This document shows, in pieces, positions 8,920 through 16,193 of a stretch of 20,068 bases of DNA (position 1 is the stretch's first letter; every line of letters begins with the position of its first letter). Origin of the DNA: an uncultured euryarchaeote (GTDB lineage: Archaea > Thermoplasmatota > Poseidoniia > Poseidoniales > Poseidoniaceae); contig CALBRH010000048.1 of assembly GCA_937899865.1 (NCBI GenBank), forward strand, positions 1-20,068. Direction: 5' to 3'. The notes under the pieces were generated by a model. It had not been told where the DNA came from, searched no databases, and saw only the letters and a program-made list of their open reading frames with translations. The position numbers and the translations under genes were made by a program.

Positions 8920-9018
8920 GATTAACTGCATATCTCTTGAGGTCTTGAATGTGTGTGCTACATTACAAGATTTCAGGTGATAGGTTACCTTATTGAGGGT
9001 GTGATAAATCAGGTAGTC

Positions 9019-10515
9019 ATGGCGAGTTATGAGTTGTTTATAGAGCGAGTAAAAGATATTCATAAGATAGGTGCAATACAGGGTCATTTAGGTTGGGATC
9101 AAGAAACCATAATGCCTGCTAAAGGAAGTAAAGCAAGATCAGAAATAATGTCTTGGCTAGCTAAAGAGCAACATGAAAGGGTAACCAATGAAAAATTTGC
9201 TGAGATGATTATTGAATTAGAGGCAGATACAACGCTTACAGATGACCAACGCGCCAATGTTAGAGAAGTAAGGAGGCGCTACGATAAAGCAGTAAAATTA
9301 CCATCGGATTTTGTCGCAGAATTCGCATTAGCAAGGTCACAAGCATTGGTTGCTTGGCAAGAAGCAAGAGCAGAATCAGATTTTGCAAAGTTCAAACCTC
9401 ATCTTGGCAAATTGATTTCCATGACCAATCAAAAGATAGATTTCTATGGCGTAGAAACAACTCGTTACGATGTTTTGCTTGATGAATTCGAATTTGGAAT
9501 GAAAGTTAGCGATTATGACCCATTATTCGATGGATTAAAGAGCAAATTAGTGCCATTATTACAGCAAATTATGGAAGCAAAAAAGTCTAATCCAGACCCT
9601 AAACTTCCAGAAGACATGACTTTTCCAATAGACGCCCAAACAGAATTTTGCAAGTTGGTATCTAGTGCAACTGGTTTTGATTTTGAAGCAGGGAGAATGG
9701 ATGCATCCACTCATCCCTTTTCGGCAGGATTATGGCCAGGAGATACTAGATTCACTACAAGATTTGATGAGAAAGATCCGTTTTCATGTCTTTATGCAGT
9801 AATGCATGAAACGGGTCATGCATTATACGAGCAAGGACTTGATTCCAATCATTCATTTACTCCTAGAGGGGATGCAGTTTCATTAGGAGTTCACGAATCT
9901 CAAAGTAGATTTTGGGAAAATCAAATCGGTCGAACTCCGGCTTTTTGGAAAGTTGTTCTCCCATGGTTCAAAGAACACTTCCCTGAATCGCCAAATTGGA
10001 GTCCGCAGGAATTGAATAGAATTGCTAATTGTGTGGAACCAGGCTTTATCAGAGTAGAAGCCGATGAGGTGACTTACAATCTTCACATCATGCTGAGGTA
10101 TGAATTAGAAAAGAAAATTTTCAATGAAAATCTTTCAGTTGACGATCTTCCAAATACTTGGAATGAGATGTTCGAAGACTGGTTTGGAATAAAAGTTCCA
10201 GAGGATAGACTTGGATGTTTACAAGATATACATTGGTCGATGGCAGCTTTCGGTTATTTCCCAACTTATACTCTTGGCAATCTATATGCAGCACAATTGT
10301 TGGAGGCAATGGAAGATGAACTTGGTGATATTGATGAAATAATTGAAAGTGGGGAATGGCAGACTATGTTGGATTGGTTAAGGTCAAAAATCCACTTACA
10401 AGGAAGTAAATGGACTCCTAGTGAATTGATTGAAAATGCTACAGGTGCGCCACCAACTCCACAACCTTTCATCACTTATGTTGAAAGGAAATATGGAGAA
10501 TTATACAACTTGTAA
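9019..10515 (+). CDS. Carboxypeptidase M32 (Taq-type metallocarboxypeptidase), 498 aa
   Basis: HEXXH motif (MHETGHALYEQ), plus HPF, HESQSRFWEN, IRVEADEVTYNLH, GCLQDIHW and FGYFPTYTLGN. The start is placed at ATG 9019 (MASYELF). Confidence 0.96.
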   Translation: MASYELFIERVKDIHKIGAIQGHLGWDQETIMPAKGSKARSEIMSWLAKEQHERVTNEKFAEMIIELEADTTLTDDQRANVREVRRRYDKAVKLPSDFVAEFALARSQALVAWQEARAESDFAKFKPHLGKLISMTNQKIDFYGVETTRYDVLLDEFEFGMKVSDYDPLFDGLKSKLVPLLQQIMEAKKSNPDPKLPEDMTFPIDAQTEFCKLVSSATGFDFEAGRMDASTHPFSAGLWPGDTRFTTRFDEKDPFSCLYAVMHETGHALYEQGLDSNHSFTPRGDAVSLGVHESQSRFWENQIGRTPAFWKVVLPWFKEHFPESPNWSPQELNRIANCVEPGFIRVEADEVTYNLHIMLRYELEKKIFNENLSVDDLPNTWNEMFEDWFGIKVPEDRLGCLQDIHWSMAAFGYFPTYTLGNLYAAQLLEAMEDELGDIDEIIESGEWQTMLDWLRSKIHLQGSKWTPSELIENATGAPPTPQPFITYVERKYGELYNL

Positions 10516-10517
10516 AA

Positions 10518-10817
10518 TTATTCTTCAGAATCTTTTCCAGTTGTCATTGCAACCAAACTGTCAAGTCTAGCGGTCAAATCGTTAATCGCATCCATCAAAT
10601 CATTAGTTCTATCATCTTCGTGGTCAGAACCAAATGAAATACCAAGCAAAGTGATCATACCACCGGCTAACATGGTTAAAGCTGGCCAATAGACGTCAGA
10701 TGCAGTCATACTTCCATCTGCTTCAATTCCACCCCAAAATGCACCCAAAATAAATACTACAAATCCAATTATTATCTGCTGATAGCCACTGCCAAAGGTC
10801 TCTTCTAAACTACTCAT
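10518..10817 (-). CDS. Small hypothetical membrane protein (99 aa, 2 TM helices and an amphipathic/coiled C-terminus)
   Basis: Fills the gap between pyrC and the convergent M32 gene. SD-like GAGGAG lies upstream on the minus strand. Hydrophobic segments IIIGFVVFILGAFWGG and VYWPALTMLAGGMITLLGISF. Confidence 0.8.
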   Translation of the reverse strand: MSSLEETFGSGYQQIIIGFVVFILGAFWGGIEADGSMTASDVYWPALTMLAGGMITLLGISFGSDHEDDRTNDLMDAINDLTARLDSLVAMTTGKDSEE

Positions 10818-10895
10818 GAAACTTCTCCTCGAATATGAATCAGTGGAATAGTATTTATTTTTATTTCAAAAATACGGTTTTTTAGCCTATTTGGG

Positions 10896-12308
10896 CTATT
10901 TCCAAGGTTCCATCAATAGTGGTTTTCCAACCGAACCGGGTTCAACCAGAAGCCGACCTTTTTGACCAGTGCCAGGAGATCTTTCAAACACAGGAACACC
11001 TTCTACAACAGTAAGTACAGGCCATCCAGTTAATTCTCGACCTCTAAATGGATTCCATCCCACTCTTGCCCAAGAGTTTTCATCTTCAACAACTGCGCTA
11101 TGATTCATATCAACTAGAACAACATCTCCATCATAACCTGTTTCTAGTTTACCTTTGCCGACCATTCGGTAGCAATCAGCAACATTGGTGGACATCCATC
11201 GAACAACATCTTCAATTGAACACTTGCCATGATTCACATAATTTAGCATAACAGCAAGAGATGTTTCTACACCTGGCATTCCGCTTGGAGCATTGGGGAA
11301 GCCTTTGGCTTTGGCTTCCAGTGTATGTGGAGCATGGTCAGTAGCGATACATTGGATGGTTCCATCAACTAATCTTGACCAAAGTATCTCTCTATCAGCA
11401 GCATACCTAATCGGAGGGTTCATTTGTAATCTTACTCCTTGTTCATCAACATCAGTTTCATCAAAAGTCAAGTGTTGTGGCAAAACTTCTGTGGTAATTA
11501 TTGGATGACCTTCTGCTTGAGAAGGAAGTGTACAATGGTCTGCTAAGTAATCGGCTTCGATTCCCGAAGTAAGGTGCAAGATGTGTAATCTATGGCCGGT
11601 TTTATGTGCCAACTCAACAGATAGTTTAGTTGCTAGCAATGCTGTAATGTCATCTCTATAATAAGCATGTGCGGCTACATCAGTTCGTCCTTCAACCAAT
11701 TTTCTTCGTTCATTCATTCTATCTTCATCTTCTGCATGGACCGCAATTAAGCCGGCGGTTTCAGTGAAGATTCTTTCTAATGCAGATTTATCGGAAACCA
11801 ACAAGGTTCCAGTAGAAACACCCATGAAAATTTTGATACCACAGATTCCTGGAATCGCAATAGGGTTTTCCCTAGTCCCTACCGCCTCCTGTAAATCTTC
11901 TACATTATCTTCAGTAGCACCAATAAAAAATCCGTAATTACTAACACACTTTGCGGCTGCAGTATCGAGTTTCCCCTGCATTCCTTCAAGAGTAGTAATC
12001 GATGGAACATTGTTTGGCATATCCAAGAAAGAAGTAATTCCACCACTTACTCCAGCAGCCGAACCGCTGCCTAAGTCTTCTTTTTCTGGTTGTCCAGGGT
12101 CTCTAAAGTGAACCTGTGGGTCGATACAACCAGGTAGCAAATGCAATCCAGTGCCATCGACTAGCAATTCATTCTCTAAATTCTCTAAAGTTCCGGAATC
12201 ACCAATTTCTGCAATGATTCCATCAGTAATCCGCAAATCTCCAGTTTTAGTAGCATTAGGCAAGACCATAGTTGCTCCGCTGATTAGTAAATTACCACTA
12301 TTATCCAT
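10896..12308 (-). CDS. pyrC: Dihydroorotase (amidohydrolase superfamily)
   Basis: DPQVHFRDPG, GGITSFLDMPNN, KIFMG, VHAED, HILH, MNPPIR, IATDHAPH and GMPGVET. The substrate-binding Arg, Asn and His positions typical of dihydroorotases are kept. Confidence 0.9.
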   Translation of the reverse strand: MDNSGNLLISGATMVLPNATKTGDLRITDGIIAEIGDSGTLENLENELLVDGTGLHLLPGCIDPQVHFRDPGQPEKEDLGSGSAAGVSGGITSFLDMPNNVPSITTLEGMQGKLDTAAAKCVSNYGFFIGATEDNVEDLQEAVGTRENPIAIPGICGIKIFMGVSTGTLLVSDKSALERIFTETAGLIAVHAEDEDRMNERRKLVEGRTDVAAHAYYRDDITALLATKLSVELAHKTGHRLHILHLTSGIEADYLADHCTLPSQAEGHPIITTEVLPQHLTFDETDVDEQGVRLQMNPPIRYAADREILWSRLVDGTIQCIATDHAPHTLEAKAKGFPNAPSGMPGVETSLAVMLNYVNHGKCSIEDVVRWMSTNVADCYRMVGKGKLETGYDGDVVLVDMNHSAVVEDENSWARVGWNPFRGRELTGWPVLTVVEGVPVFERSPGTGQKGRLLVEPGSVGKPLLMEPWK

Positions 12309-12352
12309 CTTATCAAGCCACTCTAAATCAACTCAATGAATGAACTTTGAGG

Positions 12353-12949
12353 TTATTTTCGACGACTTGCATTTTTGGGTCTAAACGCATTACATACTGA
12401 ATCATTCATATCGATATATGGCCCACCAAGTAGATCTACACAATATGGTACTGCTTGCCATATTTCGTCAATTGTTTCACGAATGGCTTTTGGACGTCCT
12501 GGTAAGTTGAAGATTAAACATGAACCTCTAGTTCCCCCAACTTGCCTCGAGAGTATAGCAGTGGGCACATATTGTAGTGAAACAGCTCGCATTTGTTCAC
12601 CAAAACCATCTAGAATTCTTTCACAAACTGCGATAGTTGCTTCTGGAGTGACATCACGAGCAGCAGGCCCCGTTCCTCCAGTTGTTACGATAACCGAACA
12701 ACCAATTTCATCAGATAATCGTATTAATTCAGATTTGATTTGCACTATGTCATCTGCAGTACAGGAATAGTGAACATTTACAGGGCTTGCAATTGCTTCT
12801 TTGAGGAATTCAAGAATTGCCGGTCCTCCTTCGTCTTCATACTCTCCACGACTTGCCCTATCACTAACAGTTAGAATCCCTATGTGAACCAAGTCTCCAC
12901 AATTGTCAGCATTACCATCAAGGCTGGTTAGAGTGTTCAAGCAACTCAC
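12353..12949 (-). CDS. mog: Molybdopterin adenylyltransferase Mog
   Basis: IGILTVSDRAS, TTGGTGPAARDVTPEAT, GFGEQMR, AILSRQ, NLPGRPKAI and VPYCVDLLGGPYI..AFRPK. The start is uncertain: GTG at 12949, or TTG at 12940 (MNTL...) preceded by an AGGTGA SD-like motif. Confidence 0.93.
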   Translation of the reverse strand: MSCLNTLTSLDGNADNCGDLVHIGILTVSDRASRGEYEDEGGPAILEFLKEAIASPVNVHYSCTADDIVQIKSELIRLSDEIGCSVIVTTGGTGPAARDVTPEATIAVCERILDGFGEQMRAVSLQYVPTAILSRQVGGTRGSCLIFNLPGRPKAIRETIDEIWQAVPYCVDLLGGPYIDMNDSVCNAFRPKNASRRK

Positions 12950-12953
12950 CTAT

Positions 12954-15059
12954 TCAGTGCTCACCATATTTTGCAACTACATCTGCATGGAAGTTATCTA
13001 ACATGGTATCTTCGAATAGTTCGGTTTGTCTGCGAACTTTAGTTGAGCGAATATGGAGGAAGGCTGCACCGACAAATACGATGATCATTAGAGGAATTAC
13101 TGCTTCTAACTTATATTGGTGCATAAATTTGACAATTCCTTCTGCCGTATATGCCCAAGTAATTGACGCTGCTGCACCACCTATGAAAGTGGCCGCCAAA
13201 ACTCTAGTAAATTGCATTCTCGACAGTAAGCCAAGCATTGCACCTACAAGTACACCAGAAGCCATGAAAGGAATCCATACGAATACTATTAGACCCCAGA
13301 ATCCCCACTTGTTGATCATTTCTCGCTTTTCATTAGCCATATATTCCACAGTTGACAGTGTATTGCCAATAAAATTAGTCTGTAGCATTCTTCCACCAAG
13401 GCCGTCTTGCTTGGCAACAGCAACAATCCTGTCATCATTTTTGTTAGCACTTTCAACTCTACCAGCACCTGAACGGTCAGCTAATGTAGAAACTTGATTT
13501 CTCGCCTTGACGATTAATTCTTGACTACCCAGTAAGTCCTGATTTCTTTCAGAGATGTAGCGGTATAATTCTACTTCAACCTCATCTGTAGTCTTCTTGA
13601 ATCTAAAGAATGCAAATCGTTGAGTAGGTTTGTAGATTACTGATACGAAAATAACGCGGTCATCACTTGTGACTACAGCACCTTCCATTCTTACATCACT
13701 ACGTCGAGTAAAGAATAAATCAAGACTGTCTCTTACTTCATCCTCTACTCTTGATAGAGTGTGAAGTTCTGAGAAGAAACTGGCATAGTCTTGTTCATCC
13801 TCAACATCTGCTCCTTCGGCACCAGTTCCGATTCCTACTCCGCTTTCAAAGTCAATTGCTTGGTTTACACCAATGGTTTTGACAGTTAACTGAACCGGTT
13901 TGAACACTCGGAAAATTGCAAACTCATCAAGAATTTCTCGAAGAATCTCTGCTCTGATGTCTTTGCTATCTGATAATGTACCATCTGTATTTTTGTATGG
14001 CACCATTATATCTATCGATAATTCTCTCGATTCGAGTTTGTATAGTTCCCAATCGACGTCGATATGCAGTCGTTTTGAGGTTTTACCGATGATATCTTCG
14101 ACAACTCTAGCGATGTGACTCCTTGAAAGAATATCGTCAGTTTCTTGATGGTATATTTTGTACATTACAGGGTAAATAATCAACAGTGTTACTGCAGAAA
14201 GTGAAAGAGAGATGAAAGCCATCCACCAAGCAGGAATCCCAGCAGTTCCACCGGTCAGCATTGCAGTTTCACGACCGCCACCCAACTCAGCAGCCATCAA
14301 CAGATAACCCCAATCGCCAAGGTCTTTTGTTGTCCAGCAGGTTCTTGGTCCTGGTTCGGTAATTCTTACTTCTCTATGAGAGTCAGAATCAACAAAAGGT
14401 AGGAAAGTGAAAAATCCTCCACTATTGATTTCTAGTTCAAAGTCGATTTCCTTAGTTAGAGGTTCACTCCAATCCTCCACTAACGAGGCATTGACAATAT
14501 CACTACTTTGATTGTAGATGTTGATGGTGAATTTTATCCTATATTCTCCCACTGCCAATTCATCAAATGGTGCTTGCATCGAGCTTTTCCCATTCGAAAC
14601 TGGAACGATTGTTTCCTCGGATGAAACAACACTCCAAGAATTAGAGTTAGATTCCAATATGCTATAATTCATTAATGCAAATCCATCAGGTAGATTTCTG
14701 CCTGATAAGTCAAAGTATTCATTATCATTTTCTGGGAAAATTAGTATCCAAGGATTATTTTCAATGTTTAAGCACTCCTCACCAGTATCAAGGAAAGTTT
14801 CTGAGGCTTTATGATCTAAAGTAGTTGATGAACCAAAGATTCCACTTGACATTCCAACCAATAGTGCAGCGAAAAGAATCCCATAGCCCAGTCCAGCGAA
14901 TAAAACATAATCTTCCTTATTGGTCAAGAATCTTCGCTTGCTGGTTTTCGTCTTTCTACGGCGGATTTCTTCGAGTTCTTTAGTGATTTTATCTCGAGCT
15001 TTTTGCTCGACATCAACCTCTTCCAAGGGCTCGTCAACCTGCTCGATATCCTCGCCCAT
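12954..15059 (-). CDS. Multi-pass membrane protein (~701 aa) with a PF06695/COG2426 (small multidrug export, DedA-superfamily-like) domain, an extracellular domain and a cytoplasmic insert
   Basis: The C-terminal KREMINKWGFWGLIVFVWIPFMASGVLVGAMLGLL matches the family's C-terminal half. An N-terminal TM helix is followed by a ~200-aa soluble segment. The start is ATG 15059 or 15068 rather than TTG 15083. Confidence 0.78.
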   Translation of the reverse strand: MGEDIEQVDEPLEEVDVEQKARDKITKELEEIRRRKTKTSKRRFLTNKEDYVLFAGLGYGILFAALLVGMSSGIFGSSTTLDHKASETFLDTGEECLNIENNPWILIFPENDNEYFDLSGRNLPDGFALMNYSILESNSNSWSVVSSEETIVPVSNGKSSMQAPFDELAVGEYRIKFTINIYNQSSDIVNASLVEDWSEPLTKEIDFELEINSGGFFTFLPFVDSDSHREVRITEPGPRTCWTTKDLGDWGYLLMAAELGGGRETAMLTGGTAGIPAWWMAFISLSLSAVTLLIIYPVMYKIYHQETDDILSRSHIARVVEDIIGKTSKRLHIDVDWELYKLESRELSIDIMVPYKNTDGTLSDSKDIRAEILREILDEFAIFRVFKPVQLTVKTIGVNQAIDFESGVGIGTGAEGADVEDEQDYASFFSELHTLSRVEDEVRDSLDLFFTRRSDVRMEGAVVTSDDRVIFVSVIYKPTQRFAFFRFKKTTDEVEVELYRYISERNQDLLGSQELIVKARNQVSTLADRSGAGRVESANKNDDRIVAVAKQDGLGGRMLQTNFIGNTLSTVEYMANEKREMINKWGFWGLIVFVWIPFMASGVLVGAMLGLLSRMQFTRVLAATFIGGAAASITWAYTAEGIVKFMHQYKLEAVIPLMIIVFVGAAFLHIRSTKVRRQTELFEDTMLDNFHADVVAKYGEH

Positions 15060-15095
15060 GACAGGCATAAGTAAAACTACCAAATTAATGCATTG

Positions 15096-15103
15096 ATTAT
15101 AAA
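15096..15103 (-). promoter_or_regulatory. Candidate archaeal TATA box (TTTATAAT) for the membrane protein gene
   Basis: Lies about 28-35 nt upstream of ATG 15068 in an AT-rich intergenic region. Chance occurrence is possible. Confidence 0.35.
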
Positions 15104-15152
15104 TTATGTAAAATAATTGATAATGTTAACAATCAATGGAAATTTCAACAAT

Positions 15153-15228
15153 TGGTGGGTAGGGCCGGACTTGAACCGGCGACCTCAGCATCTTCAGTGC
15201 TGCGCTCTCCCAACTAAGCTACCTACCC
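15153..15228 (-). tRNA. trnF: tRNA-Phe (GAA), intronless, CCA encoded
   Basis: The reverse complement folds as a 76-nt cloverleaf: acceptor GGGTAGG/CCTACCC, D arm GCTT..GAGC, anticodon stem CAGCA/TGCTG with loop CTGAAGA, T arm GCCGG-TTCAAGT-CCGGC, and 3' ACCA. Confidence 0.98.
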
Positions 15229-15280
15229 GCAAGTACTTGCGACATGATTTGACATTTGAATTCTTCCAATGATGCCAATT

Positions 15281-16105
15281 TTAATTTATACCATCAAGGA
15301 TTGCTGCTTGGACTTCAAACAATGCATCAAGTCCAGCATCTGCTTGTGCAATTAAAGCAAATAGTTCCTCGCCTGAGAAAGTAGATTCTTCTCCTGTACC
15401 TTGTAATTCAACATACTTGCCATCACTAGTTTTCACCACATTCATGTCTACATCTGCATTTGAATCTAAAACATAATCAAGATCAAGATAAACTTCTCCA
15501 TCAATCAATCCAACCGAGATTGCTGCTAAGTCATGAGGGATAACTCGATTTTCATGAGCTAGTTTTTCAGCATCAGACAATTCTGGCGCTTCCCAGCCTG
15601 ATTTACGTTCCTCATCAGTTGGCCTATTTTCAATTGGCAAACATTGTCCATTTGCAATCAATCTTCTAACAGCCAATCTAAGTGCTAAATTTGCTGCTGT
15701 AATCGATGCACATCTGGTGCCGCCATCGGCATTTAGAATATCACAATCTACGTTTAATGCAACTGGCCCTAATTGTTCTAAATCAACAGCAGCACGTAGA
15801 GATCTAGCGATTAAGCGCTCAATCTCTTGTGTTCTGCCTTTAGCCCCGCGTCGCTCTCTTCTAAATCTTGAATCAGTTGAACCAGGTAAAAGTGAATATT
15901 CAGCGTGAACCCATCCTTTGGTAGAATCTCTTGGGAACCATCCTGGAAGTCTGGCTTCTTTTGTACAACATGCTAATACTACGGTGTCACCTTGTCGATA
16001 AAGGATAGATGCCAAGGCATTTGAAGTGAAATCTATCTCTACTTCAACATGTCTCATTTGGTCAGCTGTTCGGGTAGTCTCAAACTCGGTCTTGAACTTC
16101 GCCAT
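15281..16105 (-). CDS. rph: Ribonuclease PH, bacterial type
   Basis: GWVHAEYSLLPGST, GRTQEIERLIARSLRAAVDL, DCDILNADGGTRCASIT, DLDY..DS.ADVDMNVV and ELQGTGEE. Confidence 0.94.
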   Translation of the reverse strand: MAKFKTEFETTRTADQMRHVEVEIDFTSNALASILYRQGDTVVLACCTKEARLPGWFPRDSTKGWVHAEYSLLPGSTDSRFRRERRGAKGRTQEIERLIARSLRAAVDLEQLGPVALNVDCDILNADGGTRCASITAANLALRLAVRRLIANGQCLPIENRPTDEERKSGWEAPELSDAEKLAHENRVIPHDLAAISVGLIDGEVYLDLDYVLDSNADVDMNVVKTSDGKYVELQGTGEESTFSGEELFALIAQADAGLDALFEVQAAILDGIN

Positions 16106-16193
16106 GCTTCGCCCAAGACTCTTCTTTCATCAAATCTTCTCAAGAAAGCGACTAAATTAGAATGAGTAAATTGAAATTAAGGTTCTCGTTGGG

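Noticed and set aside
8920-9087. Overlap of the ORF-track extensions 7792..9087 and 8953..10515
   Set aside because: Both extensions vanish when the likely starts (8919 and 9019) are used, leaving a normal 99-nt divergent spacer.
13003-13497. 164-aa plus-strand ORF antisense to the membrane protein
   Set aside because: It is a shadow of a hydrophobic coding region, with no start context or motifs.
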